Part shown: positions 10,281 through 18,801 of the stretch, piece by piece
Layout: every line of letters begins with the position of its first letter
How positions within the stretch are numbered: position 1 is the stretch's first letter
Virus record (IMG/VR): IMGVR_UViG_3300046490_000096
Location: 17,161 to 81,160 of that record
Strand: one strand, 5' to 3'
Origin: a virus
Lineage: Duplodnaviria > Caudoviricetes
Length of the DNA: 64,000 bases
Made by a program: the position numbers and the translations under genes
The notes under the pieces: generated by a model
Told to the model about the DNA's origin: nothing
What the model saw: the letters and a program-made list of their open reading frames with translations, nothing else
Databases searched by the model: none

Positions 10281-10919
10281 CTATGTGATGGGCGTCTCGT
10301 CGACGGACAACTTGCGAATGGTGATGGACATTGGATGCACCGGCCCGACTTTCACCTTGGGGGCCTGGGCCGAAATCGTGAGTACCGCGTCTCGCTGTTC
10401 GCGCATCGCTTGCTCTTCAGAGTCTATCGTTCTTCCGCTCAATAGGGAATAGCGAGCCGAGAGTCCGTAGTAGGTTGGCAGGGGGAGGACGATTCGGTTC
10501 GCGGCGCCCCGCTGGCTCATGAGCACGTCCGGATCTTGGAAGGAATCCTCGAGGCCCTGGATAAGCTGGTCGCGCTCTTCCGACGTGGTGGCCCTGAGCG
10601 ACAGCTCCAGCTCCACCTCGGCCTCGGAAGTTTGGTAGAGTCCCCATCCGTCTCCACCCTTGGGCTCCCAGGTGTTCTCGAGCAGGGTTGGGGTCAGCAA
10701 GGCGTCGCCGTACTTCCACGAGCCCGGAAGAACGCAGGCCGACGGATCGACCGTCCGCTGTAGGTAGTGTGGCCAGCGGTCGAAGACCTGGGCGAACTTC
10801 ACCGTGGTGCCGTCGTCCAGATCCCAAGACAGCCCCGCCACGTAGGCAGCCAGCGCCGAGGCCATGGCGCCGCGGATGCTTTGGGTAGCCTTGAGGGAGA
10901 AGTCTTCCCTGGCGAGCAT
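10281..10919 (-). CDS. Tail terminator / neck protein
   Basis: Start reassigned to MLAREDF, whose ATG overlaps the upstream TGA. Directly before the sheath; gp17/gpU-like pattern. Confidence 0.6.
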   Translation of the reverse strand: MLAREDFSLKATQSIRGAMASALAAYVAGLSWDLDDGTTVKFAQVFDRWPHYLQRTVDPSACVLPGSWKYGDALLTPTLLENTWEPKGGDGWGLYQTSEAEVELELSLRATTSEERDQLIQGLEDSFQDPDVLMSQRGAANRIVLPLPTYYGLSARYSLLSGRTIDSEEQAMREQRDAVLTISAQAPKVKVGPVHPMSITIRKLSVDETPIT

Positions 10920-11395
10920 CAGCCACCCATCGCTCGGTTGACGTTCTTGAACACGAGAGGAACGAGGCGATTCTTGGTCCGCTTGAGCACAAACATGCCC
11001 GGCGTGCCCTCGAAGAGAATCTTCAAGGCAACCGCCCAGGCGATGCCCATTGCAGAGTGCTCGTCGGCTCCGAACTTGCGCCCGGCCCACCGAGCCAGCG
11101 CCGTGACGGGCGGCATGGTGCCAGGGCGACGGCCGCGCTCGATGACCGATGCCTTTGGGTCGGCGTTGTAGAGTCGAGCTCCATCGGGCAGTTCTGCGTA
11201 CTTCCATCCCCTCCGGTAGTCGCCGCGGTCGACGGGCTTGTGAGGCTGGGTGTTGTCGATTTCTTCCTGAACGATCTGCTGCCCGGCCACGTAGACCGTG
11301 CGCCGAATCGCCGAGATGACAGCGTCCTTGCGCCCGCCCACGAGCTTCCCGGCCCACTCGGGGAGGCTGGCAATGTTGACCTTGTAGGTGCCCAT
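10919..11395 (-). CDS. Neck/tail completion protein (HK97 gp10-like)
   Basis: PVDRGDYRRGW and YNADPKASVIERGRRPG..PP motifs, in the neck position. Confidence 0.7.
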   Translation of the reverse strand: MGTYKVNIASLPEWAGKLVGGRKDAVISAIRRTVYVAGQQIVQEEIDNTQPHKPVDRGDYRRGWKYAELPDGARLYNADPKASVIERGRRPGTMPPVTALARWAGRKFGADEHSAMGIAWAVALKILFEGTPGMFVLKRTKNRLVPLVFKNVNRAMGG

Positions 11396-12000
11396 CAAGA
11401 CACCGTCCGGTTGAACGTCTGTCCCCTCGACCTGTCTCCGGCTTGCTTGGTGAGGTTGACCGTCCAATGCACGGTCTTGCGCGTGGGTACGCCCTCGACC
11501 GTGTACCGGCGAGGGACGGGCGGCGGGTAGGCGTTGGTAACCTGGACCACTTCCCAGAAGAACTGCCCGTTCGCAATCCCCGTGCGGGTCATCGTCGGCT
11601 CCACGAGGTCAGGGGTCTTCCCGGTCAGGTCGTCCTCGGTGAAGCTGGTCGAAATCTCATCGACGGTGATCCCGCCCTCTTCCGTGAGGCCGAACGAGCG
11701 CAGCACGCCGAGGGTACTGGACATGTCTCGAATCTTCGGAGTGGGCAGAATCTCGCGCCGGCTAATTTCGCTGGGATGCCCCGAGCCGACCACGGGCCCG
11801 GACCAAACCACGTGCACCAGGAACACGCGATACCGGCGCACTCCAAGCTTGGTGTTGAGCTGGCGGATCCGGTCGGCCATGGGGGCCAGCCTATCCGCCA
11901 GGGTGTTCCCTACCTCGTGCGCACGAAGCGGACGCACCTGGCCCGTCTGCACCGGCCTATCGGCCGCAGGCGTTCCAGATCGCGTCCGGTCGTTGGGCAT
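11395..12000 (-). CDS. Head closure / head-tail joining protein
   Basis: Beta-rich protein in the neck module, coupled to the next gene. Confidence 0.5.
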   Translation of the reverse strand: MPNDRTRSGTPAADRPVQTGQVRPLRAHEVGNTLADRLAPMADRIRQLNTKLGVRRYRVFLVHVVWSGPVVGSGHPSEISRREILPTPKIRDMSSTLGVLRSFGLTEEGGITVDEISTSFTEDDLTGKTPDLVEPTMTRTGIANGQFFWEVVQVTNAYPPPVPRRYTVEGVPTRKTVHWTVNLTKQAGDRSRGQTFNRTVS

Positions 12001-12011
12001 TCCTCACCGGG

Positions 12012-12251
12012 TTAGGTGATTACGCCCAGCGCGTTGTACCACACACCAAGGTCCCCTCCGCTGTAGTTATACGCCGCATCATCGGTGTTCCAAATCCCGA
12101 AGCCAGCCGGGAAGGTTTTCTCGGTCGGAGTCGGGCGGGTGGCATCGGTGAAAACGTACCGCTGCCACACCACCATTTCGTTGCGCTCGCGGGTGCGGAA
12201 CTGCCCCTGGCCGAGGCTCTCGATGATGAAGGTCGTCGTTTTGATGGCCAT
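12012..12251 (-). CDS. Small virion-module hypothetical protein
   Basis: 79-aa ORF with an upstream GGAG RBS, collinear in the structural operon. Confidence 0.55.
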   Translation of the reverse strand: MAIKTTTFIIESLGQGQFRTRERNEMVVWQRYVFTDATRPTPTEKTFPAGFGIWNTDDAAYNYSGGDLGVWYNALGVIT

Positions 12252-12263
12252 GGTGGATCTCCG

Positions 12264-13103
12264 TTAGGCGAGGGTGTGAGTGTGGGCCGGGGATGTCGGC
12301 GTCACGGTGAAGTTGTACCAAAATGCGAAGGAGTGCGAGGCGTCCGGAGCCGTAGTCGGGATGATGGTCGTGGCTGTGGTGTCCTGGGTCCCAACAGCCT
12401 CGTTCAACCCGTTGACCTGCGCCTTGTAGACGTTGAACGCCGTGGCTGCCGGGGTCTTGTTCGTCGGAATCCCGAGAGCCGCGCCAAGGCCGATCCCGAC
12501 GGTCCCGGCGAATCCGCTGCCGCCCGAGATCGTCGCGCTGGTCACGGTGGCGTATGCCTTGTCCGTGATGACTGTTCCGGCCGTCGCAATGTTGAAGGTC
12601 TGCGTGGCCGCGTTGCCGTTCTGGTCGACGCCCACGAGCACCAACGATCCAGCCGTGCTGCCGGTGACGATGTTGACCTGCAGCTTGCGAGCCACGTCAG
12701 GTTGAAGCGCCAAGGTCAGCGCCACGTTGGAAGGCAGGACAGCGTTCACCACACTGACCAAGTCCGCCGCCTTGGTAGTCGAGGGAAATTCGACCTTGCT
12801 GGACTGCACGAGAGCCGACACCGTGGTGGTGGTCGACTGGGGGGTCAGGGTCACGCCAGGCGCGGCCACGGTCATGCCCACGCACGCGTACTCAGGATCG
12901 CCCGTCCACGCGAGCTGGATCGTGGTAGCCACGCGCAGAGCCTCGATGGCCTGGTACTGAGCCAGGGTGAGCCCCTTGAACTCGCTGGTGACGTCCACCG
13001 GGACGCCGCGGGTGCCTCCGGAGGCGCTGGCGGGGAGAGTGACCGTGCGATTGCCGATCACGTTCACGGCGCTGGTGGTCATGTTGAATGCGTATAATGC
13101 CAT
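12264..13103 (-). CDS. Putative virion structural/decoration protein (Thr/Ala/Val-rich)
   Basis: 279 aa with beta-sandwich-like composition, in the head-neck module. Confidence 0.55.
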   Translation of the reverse strand: MALYAFNMTTSAVNVIGNRTVTLPASASGGTRGVPVDVTSEFKGLTLAQYQAIEALRVATTIQLAWTGDPEYACVGMTVAAPGVTLTPQSTTTTVSALVQSSKVEFPSTTKAADLVSVVNAVLPSNVALTLALQPDVARKLQVNIVTGSTAGSLVLVGVDQNGNAATQTFNIATAGTVITDKAYATVTSATISGGSGFAGTVGIGLGAALGIPTNKTPAATAFNVYKAQVNGLNEAVGTQDTTATTIIPTTAPDASHSFAFWYNFTVTPTSPAHTHTLA

Positions 13104-13173
13104 GTGTCAGTTTCTCCATTCTTGGGGTGGGTTTGCGCGCTGCTACCGCCCAGTGCGCGCACCTATCTTGTCC

Positions 13174-13431
13174 TTATTTGCGCGCCTGTACGGGCTTTGC
13201 CGACCCACACCTCACGCACGCCCTCATCACTTCAACCCTGGCGGCCGGATGCTCAATTTTTCTGTTCTTCAATGCCCAAGCCCTCTGCCTTGCCCTCGTT
13301 CTGTCCTTGTTCGCAACGGCATACGCTCGGAAGCAAGCCTTACAGCGCGGCTGCAGCCCGTCCCTGCGAGTTCGATCCAGTCCAAACTCGGACTTTGGCT
13401 TAGCTGTCTTGCAATCCCAACACGTTTTCAT
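13174..13431 (-). pseudogene. Remnant of a homing-endonuclease-type Zn-binding N-terminal domain
   Basis: MKTCWDCK..KPKSEF...RDGLQPRCKAC..AYAVANKDR, with no catalytic domain. A second ANKDK repeat continues in another frame. Confidence 0.5.
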
Positions 13432-13433
13432 GG

Positions 13434-13853
13434 CTACACGGGCGCCACTGATAGGTTCATCGGGTGGACACTCCCGGAATTCATCCTGGTGCTGTAGGTG
13501 TTGACCGGGGCTCCCAAAAGCTCGGCGAGTTTGAGAATCCATTTTCTCGACTCTTCGTCCAATTTCTCCGCATGCCGGTCATTGACGCTGATGTTGTCCA
13601 CCCGCGTGGCCGCGAAGTACCCTTGCGCCTCCACGAGCTGAGCCTCGATGCCGTCGAGTACGGCCACGCAGTTGCGGACCAGCCCCACGGCGCCTTCGGG
13701 AATCTTGTTCATCTGCCCTTCGAGAATGAAGAGCGTCTGCGCTACCGCTGGAATGCCGAGAGTGAAGGTGGTCACGTCGACAGCGACCGGGTATCCGAGG
13801 TAGTAACGGATCCGTGACTTCTCCTCCTCGGAGAGTATTGCGTTTACAGTCAC
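13434..13853 (-). CDS. Head-tail adaptor (gp15/gp6-like)
   Basis: Helical 139-aa protein (LSEEEKSRIRYYLGY) downstream of the capsid gene. Confidence 0.65.
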   Translation of the reverse strand: MTVNAILSEEEKSRIRYYLGYPVAVDVTTFTLGIPAVAQTLFILEGQMNKIPEGAVGLVRNCVAVLDGIEAQLVEAQGYFAATRVDNISVNDRHAEKLDEESRKWILKLAELLGAPVNTYSTRMNSGSVHPMNLSVAPV

Positions 13854-13873
13854 GGCATCGCGCCCAGCTTAGG

Positions 13874-14161
13874 CTAGGCGACCTCCTCAAGCTGAACCTT
13901 GGAACGCTTTAGAGCCTCGATGTCGTACCCAAGCGACGAGACGATGTGCCCCTGCTTGAGCGTGTAGTGCGCGCCACCGCGAGACACCTTGGCATCGGCC
14001 AGGACTCGGAACTTCTTCTCGGATGGAAGAGGTGGCGGTAGAGGCGCCTCGGGCGAGGCCTCGATCACGGGAGCAGCTTGCTCCTCCACCTTCGCGGACT
14101 CCGGTACTGGATCCGCCTTCCCGACTGAGATTGGTTCGTCTGTGATCCTGAATTTTGCCAT
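13874..14161 (-). CDS. Small head-associated hypothetical protein
   Basis: Pro-rich linker plus small C-terminal domain. First gene after the capsid gene and the structured RNA. Confidence 0.55.
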   Translation of the reverse strand: MAKFRITDEPISVGKADPVPESAKVEEQAAPVIEASPEAPLPPPLPSEKKFRVLADAKVSRGGAHYTLKQGHIVSSLGYDIEALKRSKVQLEEVA

Positions 14162-14176
14162 CTGCGTTTCCCCCTC

Positions 14177-14500
14177 AAAAAAAAACTGAAAGGCTGAAGT
14201 CCAGAAATTGACTACACAGACGAATCTGATAGTCGGACCAGGCGATTATCGCACGCCGGAGCGAGTATCTGGACTTCAGTTTTCAGCCCCACGAACACGA
14301 CCGGAAAGGTCCGAAGTCCCCCGGTACAGTTTGCGGGTAAACGGTCAACACAAGGTCGACCGGCTTTCACACGCCACGAATGGGTGTGAACCAAACGGGA
14401 CGAATCCCGATGGAATCTTTGCGTCGCCACGGCGCTCCCAGCACTGTAAGTGCCGGGAATCTTTCGATTACGCGCCGTGGCGATCGTCACAACTTGTGTC
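14177..14500 (-). ncRNA. Candidate structured non-coding RNA / complex terminator downstream of the major capsid gene
   Basis: Perfect 12-bp stem (14424-14435 with 14472-14483), four UUCG-capped hairpins, a GAAA hairpin, and a ~19-bp closing stem (14186-14205 with 14268-14286) followed by U9. Confidence 0.65.
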
Positions 14501-14503
14501 TTT
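14483..14503. promoter_or_regulatory. Motif C copy just after the capsid stop codon
   Basis: ATCGTCACAA-C-TTGTGTCTTT. Confidence 0.6.
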
Positions 14504-14507
14504 CGAT

Positions 14508-15875
14508 TTACGCCGAGCCGTGGCAGATCACGACCGCGCGCTTGTAGGCCGCGGCGCTGGACGTGGTGACGGAGTCGGTCGGGATCGGCCAGTCACCGGA
14601 GAACGACCAGGCCGCGCCCGTGGTCTGCTGGAGGCGGTCCAGAGGCGCACGGAGCACCAGGCGGATCCGCTCGGTCATGACCTGCACGCCGCCGTTGACG
14701 ACTGCGAACTCGCCGATCTTGCCTTGGATGCCGGCTTCCGAGATGTACCGGGACTCGTCGAGGTACTTCTCTTCGATGGCTCCCTGGCCAGTGATGATCG
14801 AGCGGTGGATGTTCACGCTGAGAGGATTCGAGAGCTCGAAGCCCGTGGTGTAGCCGTTGGCCGGATTCTCCGAAACCGTGGCGCTGTTGGGGGCCTCGGT
14901 ATTGCGGTAGAAGGTGACGCCCAAAAGGTACGCCATCGCAAACCGGCGATAGTGGATGTAGTCCGGCATGGAGCGGTTGAGGTTCTGGAACTCGGTGTCC
15001 GAGAACATCTGCGACTCGCTGATGGGGTCGCCGTGCCAGTGGTACGACCCATCCTCGTGCGGGGGAATGTTGTCGAAGCGCATCTGGGCAACCGCGGTAC
15101 GGATGTCGGCCAGGGTCTGCTGGGTCGTGGCCGTCACGTCATCGACGCGAGTGCCACCGCCCGAGAAGACGATGCGAGAACGGTTGGCCGCAAGAACAGC
15201 GGTGCGAGCCACAACGGCACCGACAGCAGTCCCGAGGGTCAGCGTACCGCCGTGGATTTCGTCGCCGGGAATCGTCGAGGTGAACCCGACAACCGTATTG
15301 GCCACGCCGCCGATGGTGATGGCCAGCGGGTTGGACGCGCTCACGGGCTGAGGGCGACCGTTGAAGATTTGCTTGGTGAATCCGCAGAGATTCACGACCG
15401 GGAGGGCCGAGCCGCCGCCGTACACCGTCGCCACCGTGTTGCCAGCCACGTAGCTGTTGAACAGCTTGTCGCGGACAACGCGATTGAGGGACTGACCAGC
15501 GTGTAGGCCGAGCTGGTGCATGTTCCGCAGGTAGGCCGACGCCAGCGTGACGTAGCTGGTGGGCATGTGGGTATCGATGGCCTTGCCCCACTGTTGAGCC
15601 GTGGCTTCCCACTGCTCGACCGCGTAGCTGGCGGGAGTCGGATCCACGCCGGGCTGCAGGGGCCGCGTCGAGGGCTCGATGAGCCCTGCGCGGGTGAACG
15701 TCTGGTTGGCGCCGAGGTTGACCGGCCACAACTCGCCGATCGCTTCCATGCGATACAGGAGGCGCGGGAAGGCCGCATCACGGAACACGCGCTGCAAAGT
15801 GCGGTCTTGCGCAATCGCAACGACCGAGGGATTGAACCCCGTCACGGTCAGGGAAGAATTAGGGAAGTTTGGCAT
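14508..15875 (-). CDS. Major capsid protein
   Basis: 455 aa, start MPNFPN with a GGAG RBS. HK97-fold-like features (LGANQTFTRAG, QWGKAID, HAGQSLNRVVRDKLF, LRAPLDRLQQ.....WSFSGDW). Follows the scaffold gene. Confidence 0.85.
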   Translation of the reverse strand: MPNFPNSSLTVTGFNPSVVAIAQDRTLQRVFRDAAFPRLLYRMEAIGELWPVNLGANQTFTRAGLIEPSTRPLQPGVDPTPASYAVEQWEATAQQWGKAIDTHMPTSYVTLASAYLRNMHQLGLHAGQSLNRVVRDKLFNSYVAGNTVATVYGGGSALPVVNLCGFTKQIFNGRPQPVSASNPLAITIGGVANTVVGFTSTIPGDEIHGGTLTLGTAVGAVVARTAVLAANRSRIVFSGGGTRVDDVTATTQQTLADIRTAVAQMRFDNIPPHEDGSYHWHGDPISESQMFSDTEFQNLNRSMPDYIHYRRFAMAYLLGVTFYRNTEAPNSATVSENPANGYTTGFELSNPLSVNIHRSIITGQGAIEEKYLDESRYISEAGIQGKIGEFAVVNGGVQVMTERIRLVLRAPLDRLQQTTGAAWSFSGDWPIPTDSVTTSSAAAYKRAVVICHGSA

Positions 15876-15968
15876 GGGTCGTTTCTCCAATTGTGGATGA
15901 GGGGCGATGGATCAAATCTATCAAGGTTTCTCGTCGGTGAGTTTGGTTTTGAATCGCCCCGTCATTCT

Positions 15969-16739
15969 CTAGCTTCCGGGCTGCCATCCGGAGCGGCGGA
16001 GTCGGGCATTGAACTCCTCCGGCGTATCGTCATCGGCAGTCTTCTGTGGCGGAGTCGCACCCGGAACACTGGGCTTCGGGGTTTCCTCGCCGGGGGCTGC
16101 GGATTCTTTCGGAGCCGTTGTAGGGGGGACGACTACAGGAGGAACGACCGTGGTCGTCGCGGCGACGGTTGTCGTAGCGCCGAACAGGTGTGGTTTCGTC
16201 TCCTTGAGTCCGGCGAAGAATACGTCGGGATCCACTTCACCCGTGCCCTTGGCAACCTCGCGTGCAAAAAGCGTCACGGCGTAGTCGGTGTCGACGATGC
16301 CGGCTTTGGAGGCTGCGGCCGAGAGCTGGGCTTCGAACTGCTTGTTCTTGAGCCGCTTGACTTCCTTCTCGTGCTTCTTCTTCAGCGACTCGTTCTGGCC
16401 CTTGAGCTGGACGGCTTCCTCGCGAGCTTCCCTCACTTCCCTCTTGGCCTCTTCGAGCGCCTTGTCGACGGTCTTCTGTTCCGCCGACTTGTCTCCGCTC
16501 GCCGGTTGCGCTCCGCTCTTCTGGACGAGCGCCTTGGCTTCCTCGATGGTGCAGCCGAGCTGACGCTTGACCTCCATCGCGGCTTCTCGCTTCACCCTGT
16601 TCACGAACGCTTGGTGAGGCGGCTCGCGGAATTCCCCCTTGACCTTTGCGGGCTGCTGGGCCTGCACAGGCGGCACCACCGGGGGCGCGACTACTGGGGG
16701 TGTGACTTGGGTTTGCACTGTCGTGTTCTCGTCGGCCAT
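15969..16739 (-). CDS. Capsid scaffolding protein
   Basis: Pro/Val-rich ends, central coiled coil and DTDYAVTLF...FFAGLKETKPHLF motif, upstream of the capsid gene. Confidence 0.75.
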   Translation of the reverse strand: MADENTTVQTQVTPPVVAPPVVPPVQAQQPAKVKGEFREPPHQAFVNRVKREAAMEVKRQLGCTIEEAKALVQKSGAQPASGDKSAEQKTVDKALEEAKREVREAREEAVQLKGQNESLKKKHEKEVKRLKNKQFEAQLSAAASKAGIVDTDYAVTLFAREVAKGTGEVDPDVFFAGLKETKPHLFGATTTVAATTTVVPPVVVPPTTAPKESAAPGEETPKPSVPGATPPQKTADDDTPEEFNARLRRSGWQPGS

Positions 16740-16826
16740 TTTCTGTCTCCCTACTCTTCCGATTTACCGCTCGGTGGTGGCGTGTGGGCGCCCGGATAAG
16801 CCTCCGGGCCAGGCTTGAAACTGCTG

Positions 16827-17249
16827 TTACTGTCCGAGTGCCTTCTTCGTGATCGACGCCTCATCGGTCGACACGGCGTAGGTGAAGGACGCCGTGAGGG
16901 CCAGGTCGGTCGCGCAAAAGAGAACGTGGAGACCGCCGTCCCACACGCACTCACCGGACGCGGGTACGATGGCTCCGACTCCCGAGACGGGGCCCTTCAG
17001 GAGCTTCTTCACGCCAGTTGCCGAACCGCCAGAGACGGACGCGACCACGCACTGAAAGAGGCCCTGAGAGGTGGGCTGATTGGCCAAGGTCGACACGTTC
17101 GTCGTGACGGCGATTCCGGTCTCGGTGTAGCCCATCTTCGAAATGGCGTAGGAGAGGATTTCTCCCAGGCCCATCGAGGCGCACAGGTCGGGCAGGTTGT
17201 TGGCGGTTTCGACGCCGTTCAGTTGGTCGCGGACGGATGCAGTGGACAT
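16827..17249 (-). CDS. Putative head decoration protein
   Basis: 140 aa beta-rich ORF in the head module. Confidence 0.45.
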   Translation of the reverse strand: MSTASVRDQLNGVETANNLPDLCASMGLGEILSYAISKMGYTETGIAVTTNVSTLANQPTSQGLFQCVVASVSGGSATGVKKLLKGPVSGVGAIVPASGECVWDGGLHVLFCATDLALTASFTYAVSTDEASITKKALGQ

Positions 17250-17258
17250 GGTGATCTC

Positions 17259-17651
17259 CTAGGACAAGTCGCCAGCGATCAGGATCTCAAGGTCGGCCGT
17301 GCCGACAAACTTGATCGCCGTGAACTCGCTGCCTGAGTTGGGGGAATGAAGAAGGAATGCGGTTGCGCTGAATGCCTGGTCTGTACCGGCCGCTGACGTG
17401 AGGACGATCTTGATTGTGGCGCCGGCCTGCGCCTTCACCGAGATGGCCCGCACCTTGACGATGCCATCCAGCGAGAGAACGAAGGGGAGCAAGTCGGTCG
17501 CGCCCACCACACCGATGCGCGCCGTCTTCGAGGCCTGGTAGGTCCCCTGGAAAGACGTGTCGGCAACGTCGAGCAGGGAGCCATTCGAGCTTCCGCAGAA
17601 CGGACGCTCGGTCAAGGCCCCTTGGTGACTGATCGTGGTAGGCTGCGCCAT
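17259..17651 (-). CDS. Putative head-module structural protein
   Basis: 130 aa beta-rich ORF collinear with the head genes. Confidence 0.45.
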   Translation of the reverse strand: MAQPTTISHQGALTERPFCGSSNGSLLDVADTSFQGTYQASKTARIGVVGATDLLPFVLSLDGIVKVRAISVKAQAGATIKIVLTSAAGTDQAFSATAFLLHSPNSGSEFTAIKFVGTADLEILIAGDLS

Positions 17652-17813
17652 CTAGACTTTGTTGAGACCCTTGGCCGCACTCGGTGTCTCTCTAACCGGG
17701 TTTAACGCGGAGCCCCATTGCTCTTCCTCGGGAACGCTCGGAGTCCCACCGTTGGGCGCGCCGTGCTTGGAGTCGTATGCTTCTTGCGGGTCTTTCGGCT
17801 CTTCGGTTGCCAT
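17652..17813 (-). CDS. Small disordered peptide (53 aa), paralogue of 17822..17974
   Basis: Translated by hand: MATEEPKDPQEAYDSKHGAPNGG...NPVRETPSAAKGLNKV. GGAG RBS present. Confidence 0.6.
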   Translation of the reverse strand: MATEEPKDPQEAYDSKHGAPNGGTPSVPEEEQWGSALNPVRETPSAAKGLNKV

Positions 17814-17821
17814 GGTGGCTC

Positions 17822-17974
17822 CTACTTTGTCGACAGGTTCTTGAACGCGACTTCCTGCACCGGAGGCTTGTTACTCGCCTCGGTCAAGCCGCTCGGGCGC
17901 TGCTCTTCGGCATCCGACCGGGTGCCGTGCTTCGAGTCGTACTGCTCGGAAGGATCCTTGGGTTCGTCACTCAT
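17822..17974 (-). CDS. Small disordered peptide (50 aa)
   Basis: MSDEPKDPSEQYDSKHG...PPVQEVAFKNLSTK. Shares EPKDP-E-YDSKHG with its neighbour. Confidence 0.6.
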   Translation of the reverse strand: MSDEPKDPSEQYDSKHGTRSDAEEQRPSGLTEASNKPPVQEVAFKNLSTK

Positions 17975-18284
17975 TGGTGTCGATCTCCTCGCTGCTCGTT
18001 TCGTCGTCCTGCTCTTCTTCGGGCTGCGCGCCAAGCTCTTTGGCCTTCGCGTCGAGGCGGTCCCGAATGGACTGGCAGTCGTTCCGAATCTCGATGATCG
18101 ACTCATCCGGGTCCGGCAGCTCGTCGAGCGCCTCGACCACGTCCCCGACGGCGTGCGATTGCTCCGTCAGAATCACGTGTACGTCGCTCGAATCGCCTTC
18201 CATCGGCGCATCGGGAACGACCTCGGCCCCTCCGCCGTGGGTGCGGCGAGCGGCCCAATCCTTCAAGCCAGCCTGGTCAGCCAT
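17967..18284 (-). CDS. Small acidic hypothetical protein
   Basis: 105 aa, Asp/Glu-rich, coupled to its neighbours. Confidence 0.6.
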   Translation of the reverse strand: MADQAGLKDWAARRTHGGGAEVVPDAPMEGDSSDVHVILTEQSHAVGDVVEALDELPDPDESIIEIRNDCQSIRDRLDAKAKELGAQPEEEQDDETSSEEIDTNE

Positions 18285-18479
18285 CTACTTCCCGCCCTTC
18301 ATCGGCGCCGGCTTCTCGACCGGGTTCGTCGGATTGGCAGCGTAGTCCCGCTCGGTGCCCTGGGGACACACGCCAGCCGGGCAACCCGCGACGGCATCGA
18401 AGCTCTCGGAGCTTTCGAAGCCACCCTTGCGGTTCCTCTCCTCGGCGATCATGCGACTGTTGCGATGAGTCTCGGGCAT
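18285..18479 (-). CDS. Small disordered peptide (64 aa)
   Basis: Abuts both neighbours and ends NPVEKPAPMKGGK. Confidence 0.55.
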   Translation of the reverse strand: MPETHRNSRMIAEERNRKGGFESSESFDAVAGCPAGVCPQGTERDYAANPTNPVEKPAPMKGGK

Positions 18480-18707
18480 CTAGCGACCTCCGGTGAGATT
18501 CCTGAACGACTTGCGATTCTTCACGGGCGAGCCGCTCTCGGTCGGGTCATCGGACAGGCCACCAGACGCTGCCCGCTGCTGGGCAAGGGACGCGTCGTCG
18601 GCCCCGAGTCCCGTTCGGTCATCGTCGATGACGTTGGGATGCGGGGCGTTGACAGCCGGATGGTTTACCCACTTCGGTTCCGGGCCTGGGTAGAGCGGTT
18701 TCGCCAT
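18480..18707 (-). CDS. Small disordered peptide (75 aa)
   Basis: Start MAKPLYP; ends SPVKNRKSFRNLTGGR. Confidence 0.55.
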   Translation of the reverse strand: MAKPLYPGPEPKWVNHPAVNAPHPNVIDDDRTGLGADDASLAQQRAASGGLSDDPTESGSPVKNRKSFRNLTGGR

Positions 18708-18752
18708 GCCACCTAAGCGTTTCAAGGTTTCCCCGTGTCGTCAACGAATTTG

Positions 18753-18786
18753 TGACGCCGTTTCGGGAGAGGAGCATATACAGGGG
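18753..18786 (+). promoter_or_regulatory. Motif A promoter-like element
   Basis: TGACGCCGTTTCGGGAGAGGAGCATATACAGGGG. Confidence 0.75.
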
Positions 18787-18801
18787 CATGGAGACAAGCA
18801 C

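Noticed and set aside
14410-14470. c-di-GMP-I riboswitch (GAAA tetraloop and GACGCAAAG)
   Set aside because: It lacks the GGCAAAC 5' strand and the tetraloop-receptor arm, and these bases are used in a different long stem.
14177-14500. Group I intron (GACTA/TAGTC P7-like pair; TTGCGGG...GGTCAACA similar to a P-element)
   Set aside because: There is no P3 strand between the GACTA and TAGTC halves, the element order and strand are inconsistent, and it does not interrupt a gene.
14208-15506. 432-aa plus-strand ORF and 92-aa minus-strand ORF across the post-capsid interval
   Set aside because: The first is antisense to the capsid gene and the second has no RBS or motif; RNA structure explains the interval better.
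234-16799. Long plus-strand ORFs (e.g. 234..2270, 3356..4243, 7701..8696, 15516..16799)
   Set aside because: These are antisense shadows of high-GC minus-strand genes, with no recognisable motifs or RBS context.
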